Shown: positions 20,830 through 30,440 of the stretch, in pieces
How positions within the stretch are numbered: position 1 is the first letter of the stretch
Layout of the letters: every line of letters starts with the position of its first letter
Assembly: GCA_963763775.1 (NCBI GenBank)
Contig: CAVXPZ010000001.1
Coordinates: forward strand, 1,216,001-1,280,000
Origin: an uncultured Chloroflexia bacterium
GTDB lineage: Bacteria; Chloroflexota; Limnocylindria; Limnocylindrales; CSP1-4
Direction of reading: 5' to 3'
DNA: 64,000 nt
Position numbers and translations under genes: made by a program
Notes under the pieces: model-generated
Seen by the model: only the letters and a program-made list of their open reading frames with translations
What the model was told of the DNA's origin: nothing
Databases searched by the model: none

Positions 20830-21540
20830 ATGACGGACCTCCGGATCCCGCCTCGACCGCCGAAAGGCGACAGCTGGGTCGCCCTCGCGACGGACGGTCC
20901 GATCCTGACCCTCCGAGGCGCGATCCGGACGGTCTCGGATCCCGCGACCTTCCGAGCGCTCATCGACGACGTCCGGCCCAGGATCGTCGTCGTCAGTGAG
21001 CCGCCCGCATCCGCGGGCCTGCTCGACCACCTGACACAGCAGCGACGGCGACGACCGCGCATGCGGATCGTGCACGTCGCGGCCGACGCGAACATCGATG
21101 GTCGGCTGCGGGCGCTTCGGCTGGGGTTCGACGCGTCCCTCCCGAAGAGCATCGACCCGAGCGAATTGCTCGGCAGACTGGAGCTTCTCGATGAGCTTGC
21201 CCACGTCCGCAGCGCGTCGTGCGTCGCCGTCGGCGCGGGGGTGGAACTCGACCTGGTCGCCCACGAACTCCGCCGGGACGGCCAGCCCGTGCACCTCCGA
21301 CCCAAGGAGTTCGACCTCCTGGCCCTCCTCGCGGCGCATCCAGGTCGTGCCTACACCCGACGGCAGCTGCTCGACCGGGTGTGGGGCAACGGCTACCGCG
21401 GGGATCCCCGGACGGTCGACGTCCACGTCCGATGGCTTCGCGCGAAGGTGGAAGCGGATCCGGCGCATCCGGCGCACCTGGTCACGTTGCGATCGATCGG
21501 CTACCGCCTCGATCCGCCCTTCCCGTTAACCGAGCCTTAA
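20830..21540 (+). CDS. OmpR/PhoB-family regulator with atypical (pseudo-)receiver domain
   Basis: wHTH: LRPKEFDLL, YTRRQLLDRVWG, RTVDVHVRWLR; receiver has PRIVVVSEPP where PDLVLLD is expected. Confidence 0.85.
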   Translation: MTDLRIPPRPPKGDSWVALATDGPILTLRGAIRTVSDPATFRALIDDVRPRIVVVSEPPASAGLLDHLTQQRRRRPRMRIVHVAADANIDGRLRALRLGFDASLPKSIDPSELLGRLELLDELAHVRSASCVAVGAGVELDLVAHELRRDGQPVHLRPKEFDLLALLAAHPGRAYTRRQLLDRVWGNGYRGDPRTVDVHVRWLRAKVEADPAHPAHLVTLRSIGYRLDPPFPLTEP

Positions 21541-21563
21541 CGAAGTGCAAACCACGCGTTGAC
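21526..21563 (+). promoter_or_regulatory. candidate PHO box upstream of pstS
   Basis: TTAAC 21526, TTAAC 21537, CAAAC 21548, TTGAC 21559 (11-bp period). Confidence 0.7.
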
Positions 21564-21672
21564 CACGCCGCTCGACCGTGAGAGCGCTCAGACAGGGATG
21601 TAGAGACCAAGGCTGCCCCGAAAGCCAGCGACCGCCCGCGTAGCCGTGTGGCGACCAGGAGGAAACAGATCC

Positions 21673-22867
21673 GTGATCACCCCCACCTCGAAGCGCCTCG
21701 GCGCGCTCGCCTTCGCGGCGATGTTCGCGATCGGCGCGTGCTCCAGTTCCGGATCGTCGGCCGCACCGTCGACCGCCGCGTCCGCCGCAGCGCCGTCTGC
21801 CGCGGCCCCGTCAGCTGCAACCCCGTCGGAAGCGGCCCCATCCGCGTCCGCCGCGGCGATGACCCCGCCGGCCCCCGCCGCCGGCAGCGTCACGCTCCAG
21901 GGCGCCGGCGCCACCTTCCCGGCCCCGCTGTATGACAGCTGGTTCCAGACGTATACCGGAGCCAACCCGCAGGTCCAGTTCGACTACCAGGCCATCGGAT
22001 CCGGTGGCGGCATCAAGGCCATCACGGACGGTACCGTCGACTTCGGCGCCTCGGACGCTCCGATGAAGGACGAGGAGATCGCCGCCCTGCCGGCCGACTG
22101 CAAGGTCCTGCACGTCCCGACCGCCCTCGGCGCGGTCGTCGTGATCTACAACCTGCCCGGGCGTCACGGCGCTCAACCTCGACGCCGACAACGTCGCTGG
22201 GATCTATCTCGGCACGATCAAGAAGTGGAACGATCCCGCGATCGCCGCGAACAACGCGGGCGTGACGCTCCCCGACACCGACATCCTGGTCGCCCATCGC
22301 TCGGACGGCTCCGGGACCACCAACGCGTTCACCACCTACCTCGACACGGTCTCGCCCGACTGGCACACGAAGGTCGGCAAGGGCAAGGAAGTCAACTGGC
22401 CGGTCGGCGTCGGCGGCCAGGGCAATGACGGCGTCGCGACCGCGGTCAAGCAGACGCCCGGCACGGTCGGCTACGTCGAGCTCAACTACGCGACCACGAC
22501 GGGGCTCACCTCGGCGAACCTCAAGAACGCCGACGGCCAGTTCGTGCCCGGCTCGACGGACGGCGTGACCGCCGCCGCCGAGACCGCCGCCGCCAGCTTC
22601 CCGGCCGACTTCCGCCAGGCGCCGATCATCAACGGCGCCGGTCCGACGACCTATCCCATCGCCTCGTACACCTACCTCCTGGTCTGCACGGACCAGAAGG
22701 ACGCCACGAAGGGCCAGGACCTCGTGGCCTTCATGTACTGGGCCCTGACCGACGGTCAGGCCACGGAGAACACCCTCGGCTACGCCCCGCTGCCGGCCCC
22801 GGTCGCGCAGAAGGCGATCGAGGAACTCCACCAGATCACCACCGGCGGTGCGCCGATCTGGCCGTAA
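21673..22867 (+). CDS. pstS: phosphate ABC transporter substrate-binding lipoprotein; frameshift ~22160
   Basis: AIGAC lipobox, GAGATFPAPLY, GSGGGI, DFGASDAPM, HRSDGSGTT, YPIASYTY. Confidence 0.95.
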
Positions 22868-22887
22868 CCCTCGCTCACTCCTCCTGA

Positions 22888-22921
22888 CGGAGCGCCCCGA
22901 AGCTCGGATCGGGGCGCTCCG
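22888..22921 (+). terminator. 13-bp stem-loop between pstS and pstC (partial terminator or mRNA stabiliser)
   Basis: CGGAGCGCCCCGA-agctcgga-TCGGGGCGCTCCG; no U-tract. Confidence 0.6.
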
Positions 22922-22975
22922 CTCAGTCTCGTTCAGGGGCGCTTCGGAGCGCCGACGGTCAAGACGAGGTCATCG

Positions 22976-23935
22976 ATGACGACGATCCCGGCGACGAGCT
23001 GGCTCACCGCGCACCGCACCCGACGCATGCCCGATCGGCTGTTCGTGGTCGTCACGCGCGTCGCCGCGCTCGCGGTCGTCGCCCTGCTCCTCGCCCTCGG
23101 TGTCACGATGCTGGCGCAGTCCATGGAGGCATGGCGGACGTTCGGCGTCGCGGACTTCGTCACCGGGACGACGTGGGATCCGGTCGCCGCCGTCTACGGG
23201 GCGTGGCCGTTCATCGTCGGGACGATCCTCTCGTCGCTCCTCGCCCTGCTCATGGCGGCGCCGATCGGGATCCTGGCGGCGATCTTCCTCGCCGAGATGG
23301 CACCGGGGCGGCTCGCCACCCCGCTGATCTTCATGATCGAGCTGCTCGCCGCGATCCCGAGCGTCGTCTACGGGCTCTGGGGCGTCTTCGTCCTCGCGCC
23401 GTTCCTGCGCGACACGGTCGAGTCGTGGATCGCCGATACGTTCGGGTGGATCCCGTTCCTGGCCGGGCCGACCTACGGGATCGGCCTCTTCTCCGCCGGG
23501 GTCATCCTCGCGATCATGATCCTGCCGACGATCATCTCGATCTCCCGCGAGGTCATCCGCAGCGTGCCCGACTCGCAGCGCGAGGCGATGGTCGCGCTCG
23601 GTGCGACGCGCTGGGAGACCATCGCCAAGGCGGTGCTGCCGTTCGCGCGATCCGGGATCGTCGGGGCGGTCATCCTCGGGCTCGGGCGGGCCCTCGGCGA
23701 GACGATGGCCGTGACGATGATCATCGGCAACGGGCAGAACGTCCCGACGCGGCTCTTCGACCAGGCGCAGACGATCGCCTCGAAGATCGCGACGACCTTC
23801 AACGAAGCCACCGCCGGCCTCCAGGTCTCGAGCCTCATCGCCCTCGGCCTGATCCTCCTGGTGATCACGATCCTGCTCAACATCGTCGCGCGCTTGCTCG
23901 TCTGGCGCGTGGCCGGCCCGGTCGGAGGCGAGTGA
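22976..23935 (+). CDS. pstC: phosphate ABC transporter permease PstC
   Basis: IELLAAIPSVVYGLWG, MILPTI, GLGRALGETMAV. Confidence 0.97.
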   Translation: MTTIPATSWLTAHRTRRMPDRLFVVVTRVAALAVVALLLALGVTMLAQSMEAWRTFGVADFVTGTTWDPVAAVYGAWPFIVGTILSSLLALLMAAPIGILAAIFLAEMAPGRLATPLIFMIELLAAIPSVVYGLWGVFVLAPFLRDTVESWIADTFGWIPFLAGPTYGIGLFSAGVILAIMILPTIISISREVIRSVPDSQREAMVALGATRWETIAKAVLPFARSGIVGAVILGLGRALGETMAVTMIIGNGQNVPTRLFDQAQTIASKIATTFNEATAGLQVSSLIALGLILLVITILLNIVARLLVWRVAGPVGGE

Positions 23936-24825
23936 TGGCCGTCAACGTCGCTCCGGCGTCCACGCGCACCGCGTCCATCCTCTCGAGCCGCGCCGGCGGC
24001 CGGCGGACCTTCGTCGACCGGTTCATGCGCGGACTCGCGCTCGTGGCGGCGGTCTCCTGCATCATCCCGCTGGCGGCGGTCCTGACCTTCGTCACCCTCA
24101 AGGGCCTCGCGGCGCTGGACCTCGACCTCCTCACCAAGCCGCCACGCGCCCAGGGGATCGGCGGCGGCGCCCTGCCCGCCATCCTCGGCACCCTCCAGAT
24201 GGTGCCGGTCGCCGCGCTGATGGCCATCCCGTTCGGGGTGCTGGCCGGCGTCTACATCCACGAGTTCGGGTCCGCACGGTCGGGTCGGGCGATCCGGTTC
24301 GCGGCTGACGTCCTCGTCGGCGTGCCGTCGATCCTCATCGGGATCTTCGTCTACACGTTCCTGGTCCTGCCGTTCAAGCAGTACAACGCCTTCGCCGGCT
24401 CGGTGGCCCTCGCGATCATCATGATCCCGGTGATCATGCGGACGACCGAGGAGATCCTCAAGCTCGTCCCGAGCTCGCTCCGCGAGGCGTCGCTCGCCCT
24501 CGGGGTCCTGCGCTGGCGGACGACCCTGTCGATCGTCGTCCGGACGGCGCTCCCGGGCGTCCTGACCGGGATCATGCTCGCCGTCGCGCGCGCCGCAGGC
24601 GAGACCGCTCCCCTGCTGTTCACGGCTCTGGGGAGCCGCCTCGTCAACGTCGGCGACTTCAGCAAGCCGATGGACGCCCTGCCGCTGTTCATCTATTCCA
24701 ATGCTCGACAGCCCTTCGAGCGCCAGAACGAGCAGGCTTGGGGCGCGGCCTTCCTGCTGCTCGTCCTCGTGCTCGGCATCAACGTGTTCGTCCGCATGCG
24801 ATCCGCGAACCGGCGCACCAAGTGA
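23935..24825 (+). CDS. pstA: phosphate ABC transporter permease PstA
   Basis: [34 protein letters not shown]. Confidence 0.97.
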   Translation: MAVNVAPASTRTASILSSRAGGRRTFVDRFMRGLALVAAVSCIIPLAAVLTFVTLKGLAALDLDLLTKPPRAQGIGGGALPAILGTLQMVPVAALMAIPFGVLAGVYIHEFGSARSGRAIRFAADVLVGVPSILIGIFVYTFLVLPFKQYNAFAGSVALAIIMIPVIMRTTEEILKLVPSSLREASLALGVLRWRTTLSIVVRTALPGVLTGIMLAVARAAGETAPLLFTALGSRLVNVGDFSKPMDALPLFIYSNARQPFERQNEQAWGAAFLLLVLVLGINVFVRMRSANRRTK

Positions 24826-24839
24826 GAGGTCCAGATCCC

Positions 24840-25739
24840 ATGACGGTCGAGACGCCAGAGAAGCCCGAGATGCCCGATGCGCCGACCCCGCCGGCTCCAG
24901 GGGCGCCATCCGCCGTCACGGACCCCTCAGCGGGCGTCGTCGCGGCCGCCCCGCCGGTCGTCGCGCACTCGGGCCAGCTCGACATCGAATCCCTGAACGT
25001 CTACTACGGCACGTTCCGGGCGGTCCGGGACATCTCGCTGACGATCCGCCCGCAGGCGATCACGGCGATCATCGGCCCGTCGGGCTGCGGCAAGAGCACG
25101 TTCCTTCGCTCCATCAACCGGATGCACGAGGTGGTGCCCGGTGCCCGGGTCGAAGGCCACATCCGCCTCGATGGCATCGACATCTACGATCCGGCCGTCG
25201 ACCCGGTCCAGCTCCGGCGGGTCATCGGCATGGTCTTCCAGCGGCCCAACCCGTTCCCGACGATGTCGATCTACGACAACGTCGTGGCGGGCCTCCGCCT
25301 GACCGGCCGCAAGTCCAGGACCGACCTCGATGAGGTCGTCGAGCGGTCGCTGCGACGCGCGGCGCTGTGGGACGAGGTGAAGGACAAGCTCAAGGCCAAC
25401 GGGATGTCGCTCTCGGGCGGGCAGCAGCAGCGCCTGTGCATCGCCCGGGCCCTCGCCGTCAACCCCGAGGTCATCCTCATGGACGAGCCGGCCTCGGCGC
25501 TCGACCCGGTGGCGACGCTGCGGATCGAGGAGCTGATGGCCGAGCTGCGCTCGGACTACACGATCGTCATCGTCACGCACAACATGCAGCAGGCCTCGCG
25601 GATCAGCGACGCCACGGCCTTCTTCACGATGGGCCCGGACCGTGCGGGGTATCTCGTCGAGATGGACGACACGGCGACGATCTTCACCAACCCCAAGGAC
25701 CAGCTGACCGAGGACTATGTCTCGGGTCGGTTCGGTTGA
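24840..25739 (+). CDS. pstB: phosphate ABC transporter ATPase PstB
   Basis: [43 protein letters not shown]. Confidence 0.98.
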   Translation: MTVETPEKPEMPDAPTPPAPGAPSAVTDPSAGVVAAAPPVVAHSGQLDIESLNVYYGTFRAVRDISLTIRPQAITAIIGPSGCGKSTFLRSINRMHEVVPGARVEGHIRLDGIDIYDPAVDPVQLRRVIGMVFQRPNPFPTMSIYDNVVAGLRLTGRKSRTDLDEVVERSLRRAALWDEVKDKLKANGMSLSGGQQQRLCIARALAVNPEVILMDEPASALDPVATLRIEELMAELRSDYTIVIVTHNMQQASRISDATAFFTMGPDRAGYLVEMDDTATIFTNPKDQLTEDYVSGRFG

Positions 25740-25756
25740 GCCGCGAGGAGCCGACC

Positions 25757-26515
25757 ATGACCGACCAGGAACGACAGGCCGCGAGCGACGCGCTGTCCGA
25801 GCAGCTCAGCGAGATCATCGGGCGCTCGGAGGCGGCAGCGACCTCCGCGGAACCACACCCGGTCCGCGAGATCCTCGACCGCGAGCTCCGCGAGGTCAAG
25901 GACAGCGTCCTGCGGATGGGCGTGCTCGTCGAGGAGCAGATCCGCGCGGCGATCAAGGCGTTGACCGGCCACGACGCCGACGCCGCCCTCGCCGTCATCA
26001 TCGGGGACGGCCGGATCAACGAGGCGCAGCGACACGCGTCCACGCTCATCGCCCGGACCATCGCCACGCAGACCCCGGTCGCTCGCGACCTGCGGTTCCT
26101 CCTGTCCCTGGACCACGTCACCTACGAGCTCGAGCGGATCGGCGACCATGCCGCGTCCGTGGCCAAGCAGGCTCGCAAGCTGGCGCCCGAGCCGCCGCTC
26201 AAGCACTACGTCGACCTGCCCGCGATGGGCGAGATCGCCGCCGAGCTCGTCCACGGGATCCTGCGGGCCCTCGTGGACATCGACCAGGTCGAGGCACGCG
26301 CCGTCGCCGCGCGCGACGACGAGATCGACGACCTGTACCACAAGACCTTCGCCGAGGTCGTGGACCTCATGCGCGAGGACCCGGACAACGTCGAGCGCGG
26401 AACGCGCATCCTCTTCGCGGCCCACTACCTCGAGCGCATCGGGGACCGCGTCACCAATATCGCGGAGGACGTGGTCTTCCTGGCCAGCGGCGAGGTGGAG
26501 GACCTCAACCCATGA
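25757..26515 (+). CDS. phoU: phosphate signalling protein PhoU
   Basis: PVARDLR, ELERIGDHA, DDEIDDLY, YLERIGDRVTNIAE. Confidence 0.97.
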   Translation: MTDQERQAASDALSEQLSEIIGRSEAAATSAEPHPVREILDRELREVKDSVLRMGVLVEEQIRAAIKALTGHDADAALAVIIGDGRINEAQRHASTLIARTIATQTPVARDLRFLLSLDHVTYELERIGDHAASVAKQARKLAPEPPLKHYVDLPAMGEIAAELVHGILRALVDIDQVEARAVAARDDEIDDLYHKTFAEVVDLMREDPDNVERGTRILFAAHYLERIGDRVTNIAEDVVFLASGEVEDLNP

Positions 26516-26976
26516 ACGCGTCGCGACCCATCCGGCTGCTCTTCGTCTGCACCGGCAACTCGTGCCGCAGCATCATGGCCGAGGCGCTCCTGCGCGACCG
26601 TGGCGGCGCGGCCTTCGAGGTCCACAGCGCCGGCACCGATCCCAAGGGCCTGAACGCGCGGACGATGCGGTTGCTCGACGAGGTCGGACTCGACGCGTCG
26701 TGGGCGCGATCCAAGTCTGTCGACGAGTTCCGCGGCGAGTCGTTCGACTATGTCGTCACCGTCTGCGATCAGGCTCGCCAGGTGTGCCCGGTCTTCCCGG
26801 GCGGCGGGACCACGCTCCACTGGGGCTATCCGGACCCGGCTGAGGCGACCGGGACCGAGGACGAGATCATGGACGTCTACCGGCACACGTTCGCGGCGAT
26901 CGCCGAACGGATCGGGCTCTTCATCCCGCTCGCGCTGCGCCAGCGCGACGAGATGGCTGCCGCGACGGCCGATTGA
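26512..26976 (+). CDS. arsC: LMW-PTP-type arsenate reductase
   Basis: FVCTGNSCRSIMAEA, VTVCD..CPVFPG, HWGYPDPA; ATGA overlap with phoU. Confidence 0.85.
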   Translation: MNASRPIRLLFVCTGNSCRSIMAEALLRDRGGAAFEVHSAGTDPKGLNARTMRLLDEVGLDASWARSKSVDEFRGESFDYVVTVCDQARQVCPVFPGGGTTLHWGYPDPAEATGTEDEIMDVYRHTFAAIAERIGLFIPLALRQRDEMAAATAD

Positions 26977-26992
26977 GCGTTACGCTCCAAGG

Positions 26993-27478
26993 ATGACGCT
27001 CCAGCTCTACCTGCTCCGCCACGCCCACGCCGGCGACCCGGCCGCCTGGCTCGCCCCCGACGCGAGCCGGCCACTGTCGGAGAAGGGCGAGCGGCAGGCC
27101 GACCGGATGGGCCGCTATCTCGCGCTGATCGGGCTCGCCCCTGACGCGGTCATCACGTCGCCGAAGGTGCGCGCCGCGCGGACCGCCGAGATCGTCGCGG
27201 TCCATCTGGGCGTGCCGGTCACCACGGACCCGCGCCTCGCCGGTCCGTTCAGCCTCGAGGACGTCGAGGCGATCCTTGCCGACGCCGGCTCGCCGGCCCG
27301 GCCGATCCTCGTGGGGCACGATCCGGACTTCAGCGACCTCCTCTCGTCGCTGGCCGGCGCGGCGGCGATCCCGATGAAGAAGGGCGCGCTCGCACGGATC
27401 GACATCGACGGTCACCTGCGCACCGGCGCCGGGACGCTGCGCTGGCTCCTGCCGCCGGACCTGCTGCCCGACGGCTGA
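26993..27478 (+). CDS. sixA: SixA-like phosphohistidine phosphatase
   Basis: LYLLRHAHA, RPLSEKG, SPKVRAARTA, LVGHDPD, MKKG. Confidence 0.85.
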   Translation: MTLQLYLLRHAHAGDPAAWLAPDASRPLSEKGERQADRMGRYLALIGLAPDAVITSPKVRAARTAEIVAVHLGVPVTTDPRLAGPFSLEDVEAILADAGSPARPILVGHDPDFSDLLSSLAGAAAIPMKKGALARIDIDGHLRTGAGTLRWLLPPDLLPDG

Positions 27479-27534
27479 CCGCCGGGCGCGCCGGCCGCGT
27501 GCTCTCCCAAACCTTGGCCGATAACGAGCGGGTG

Positions 27535-27773
27535 TCAGTCGCCAAGCCAAGCGGCGATGTCGCCGGCGGAGGGCACCCGACCGTAGCTGACGACCTTGCC
27601 GTCGATGACCAGCCCGGGCGTACTCATGATCCCGTAGGCTCATGATCTCGGCCGTAGTCGGTCACCTTGACGATCTCCGCGTCGACCCCGGCCATCGCGA
27701 TGGCCTCGCGGGTGTTCTTCTCCAGGCGCGCGCAGTTGTTGCAGCCGGGTCCGAGGACTTCGATCTTCTTCAT
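27535..27773 (-). CDS. small thioredoxin-like redox protein (MTH895/ArsE-like); two apparent single-base insertions
   Basis: MKKIEVLGPGCNNC...KVTD...YGIMSTPGLVIDGKVVSYGRVPS after frame correction. Confidence 0.85.
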
Positions 27774-27802
27774 GTTCTTGAACTCCGTTCCTTCTGCTGA
27801 TG

Positions 27803-28846
27803 TCAGGCGTACAGGGCGTTGAACAGGTAGCCGACGAACAGGATCCCGACGGCGACGACGCCGGCGAAGACCGCGATGAGCTGCGGCTTCATGACCCGCC
27901 GGAGGATGACCATCTCCGGGAACGACAGGGCCGTGATGGCCATCATGAACGCGAGCGCCGAACCCATCGGCAAGCCCTTGGCGATGAGCACCTCGATGAT
28001 CGGGATGGTCCCGGCGGCGTTGCTGTACAGCGGGACACCGAGCAGCACGAGCGCGGGGACGGCGAGCGGGTTGCGGCTGCCGCCGATCGAAACGACGAGG
28101 TCCGTCGGCACGAAGCCGTGGATGACGGCGCCGATGCCGATCCCGACGAGGACGAACGGCAGGACCTTCCAGACGAGGCTGCGCGTGGAGGTCCACGCGT
28201 CGCGCACCCGGTCCTCGAGCGTGAGCTTCATCTCGATGGCCCCAGGGCCGGCTGCCTTGATCTCCCAGACGTAGGGCTCGACATAGCGCTCGAGGCGGAG
28301 GCGGCCGATGACCAGTCCGGCCACGACCGCGACGACGAGCCCGGCGGCGATGTACATCAGGGTGACGGCCGGACCGAACAGGCCCCACAGCAGGACGATC
28401 GCGATCTCGTTGACCATCGGCGAGGCGATCAAGAAGGCAAAGGTGACCCCGAGCGGGACACCGACCTCGACGAAGCCGATGAACAGGGGCACCGCCGAGC
28501 ACGAGCAGAAGGGGGTGACGACCCCAAAGCCCGCGGCGGCCATCGTCCCGGGCAGCACTCCACGGCCGGCAAGTGCCGATCGGACGCGCTCGGGCGACAC
28601 GTACGAGCGCAGGAACGAGACGAGCGTGACGATCCCGGTCAGGAGCAGCAAGACCTTGGGCACGTCGTACAGGAAGAAGGCGATCGCATCGCCGAGCTGC
28701 GAACCCTCCTGCAGACCGAGCAGGTCGTAGGCGATCCAGTTCGCGAGAGGGAGCGTGATGAACCACGCGATCAGCCAGGCCATGACCGCCAGGCCGACGG
28801 CCGGCCAGAACGGCACGTGGGTTCGCCGCGCAGCGATCGTCGTCAT
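27803..28846 (-). CDS. ArsP/DUF318 family permease
   Basis: FFLYDVPK, TPFCSCSAVP, FLIASPMVNE, GVPLYSNAAG, ALSFPE. Confidence 0.9.
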   Translation of the reverse strand: MTTIAARRTHVPFWPAVGLAVMAWLIAWFITLPLANWIAYDLLGLQEGSQLGDAIAFFLYDVPKVLLLLTGIVTLVSFLRSYVSPERVRSALAGRGVLPGTMAAAGFGVVTPFCSCSAVPLFIGFVEVGVPLGVTFAFLIASPMVNEIAIVLLWGLFGPAVTLMYIAAGLVVAVVAGLVIGRLRLERYVEPYVWEIKAAGPGAIEMKLTLEDRVRDAWTSTRSLVWKVLPFVLVGIGIGAVIHGFVPTDLVVSIGGSRNPLAVPALVLLGVPLYSNAAGTIPIIEVLIAKGLPMGSALAFMMAITALSFPEMVILRRVMKPQLIAVFAGVVAVGILFVGYLFNALYA

Positions 28847-29181
28847 CGCAGGAGGCGCTGGAACGACGCAAGCGCCGTCGCGCACGCGGCCTCGTCGCGC
28901 TCGTAGTAGACCCAGCGCGCATCGACCATGTGGCGGCTGGCGCGGACAATCCCTGCGCGGCGCAGCTTGGCGAGGTGGTTGCTGACGTTGTTCTGGCGCT
29001 CACCCAGGGCTGCGGCCATCTCGCACACGCAGTGCGGGCCGGAACCCAGGATGGCGATGATGCCGGCCCGGATGGGGTCGCCCAGGAGGGCGGCTGTCGC
29101 GGCCACGTCGGCGACCTCTGGCGGCGCCACCTGGAGGCGCAGCTCCGGCAGGACCGGCAGTTCCGTCCGCAGGGCCATCAC
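28843..29181 (-). CDS. arsR: ArsR-family repressor
   Basis: LGDPIR, HCVCEM, VSNHLAKLR, WVYY. Confidence 0.85.
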   Translation of the reverse strand: MMALRTELPVLPELRLQVAPPEVADVAATAALLGDPIRAGIIAILGSGPHCVCEMAAALGERQNNVSNHLAKLRRAGIVRASRHMVDARWVYYERDEAACATALASFQRLLR

Positions 29182-29345
29182 GCCACCTGCCCGGCGATGG
29201 CATTGATCGAGTCGATCGGCGGGGTCAGCGCGAAATCGGACACCGACAGCAGATTCCCGATCACGATGCCGATGGCCATGCTGGACAGCACGAAGAATGG
29301 CAGGGGGCGGAAGTCCTCGAGCTTCGCGAGCAGGCGGGCAGTCAT
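29178..29345 (-). pseudogene. 55-aa ORF resembling the N-terminus of an Acr3-type arsenite exporter (possible remnant)
   Basis: Manual translation: MTARLLAKLEDFRPLPFFVLSSMAIGIVIGNLLSVSDFALTPPIDSINAIAGQVA*; its stop overlaps the arsR start. Confidence 0.4.
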
Positions 29346-29349
29346 CGGG

Positions 29350-29562
29350 TCACGCGGCCGCCTGCGCCGGGGCAGGTCGGGCGGCCAAGCGGCGCTGCGG
29401 CGCGAAGACCCGTTCGGGGTGGTGATCGCACCCGTATTGCGGGACCGTGTCGCCGTGGAACGAGGCGACGAGGTGGTCCTTGCACAGGCCGACGAAGCAG
29501 AAGCGGCAATGGCTCACGGCGGCCGTCGTCAGGCCTTCGCGGGCGCATTCATGGCAGATCAT
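29350..29562 (-). CDS. small Cys-rich protein (DUF2180-like)
   Basis: MICHEC...AVSHCRFCFVGLCKDH; GAGG SD; first gene of the ars cluster. Confidence 0.75.
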   Translation of the reverse strand: MICHECAREGLTTAAVSHCRFCFVGLCKDHLVASFHGDTVPQYGCDHHPERVFAPQRRLAARPAPAQAAA

Positions 29563-29596
29563 GTCGACACCTCGGAAACGTCTCATCACGCGATGA

Positions 29597-29618
29597 ACAT
29601 CACACGAACGCGTGATGT
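29597..29618. promoter_or_regulatory. ArsR-type operator
   Basis: ACATCACACG-AA-CGCGTGATGT (10-2-10, one mismatch) upstream of the ars cluster; adjacent TCATC-ACGC-GATGA at 29583-29596. Confidence 0.75.
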
Positions 29619-29746
29619 GTGACAGAGTCTTCCGGCCCTGTCGGGGGGGCTCGCCGGCCCATGCGAATCGCCAGGAGCAGGCTCGCTCCGTCCAAGCGAG
29701 CAGCGCGCGCCGAGGCTCGCTGTCCGGCCATCCCGCCGGGTCGTGA

Positions 29747-30436
29747 CTACCCGTCGAGCGCGGCAGCCTCCACGCACGCCGCGGCCACGCCGAGGCGCGA
29801 CAACCGGTCGAAGGTGGTTCGTCGCCGGATGGTCCAGGCGGCGACCTCGAGCCCCGCGGCGTGCGCCTGCCGGATGGAATCGGGGTGGAGGGCCTCCCAC
29901 CATGACGCGATCCCGCGGCAGCCCAGCTCGGTCGCGGAGGCGATGTCGAGCGCATCGAGCGTCTCGCTGTTCAGCCAGCGCGGCCAGGCCGGCGCGAGCC
30001 CGGCGACCCGCTCCAGGGTCGCGGTCGCGAACGACGAGACGACCGCGTTGCGAAGGTCCGCCCCGCGGCCCGAGGCGAGGACTTCCACCACCGCTCGGTC
30101 GTGGTCCCCCTTGAGCTCGACGTCGAGGAATGCCCGGCGGCCGATGGCGATGAGCGCGTCCGCGAGGGTCGGGATGCCGTGCGCCTCCAACTCGTCGGCG
30201 GTCAGGGCGTCGACCCGATCCGGGCGACCCTGGACCCGCTGGAGCGTCTCGTCGTGGAGCAGGACCGGGACGCCATCGCGCGAACGCCGCACGTCGAACT
30301 CGAGGCCGTCGCAGCCGGGGATCGCGAGGGCGGCCGCGAACGCGCCCAAGGTGTTCTCCGGGGCCTGACGCCAGTCGCCCCGATGGGCGAGTCGGAGCGT
30401 GCGGGTCGCCGGTCCCGGCGGGGTCGCCATCGCCAT
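29747..30436 (-). CDS. glycerophosphodiester phosphodiesterase
   Basis: AHRG..APENTL, LEFDVRRSRDG..VLLHD, VELK, VSSF, AWT. Confidence 0.9.
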   Translation of the reverse strand: MAMATPPGPATRTLRLAHRGDWRQAPENTLGAFAAALAIPGCDGLEFDVRRSRDGVPVLLHDETLQRVQGRPDRVDALTADELEAHGIPTLADALIAIGRRAFLDVELKGDHDRAVVEVLASGRGADLRNAVVSSFATATLERVAGLAPAWPRWLNSETLDALDIASATELGCRGIASWWEALHPDSIRQAHAAGLEVAAWTIRRRTTFDRLSRLGVAAACVEAAALDG

Positions 30437-30440
30437 CGCG

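Noticed and set aside
21673-22867. Programmed frameshift or pseudogene status for pstS
   Set aside because: No slippery heptamer seen; similar indels affect many unrelated genes, so assembly error is more likely
22888-22953. Novel regulatory RNA after pstS
   Set aside because: A GC-rich stem-loop after the substrate-binding gene is a common stabiliser or attenuator in ABC operons
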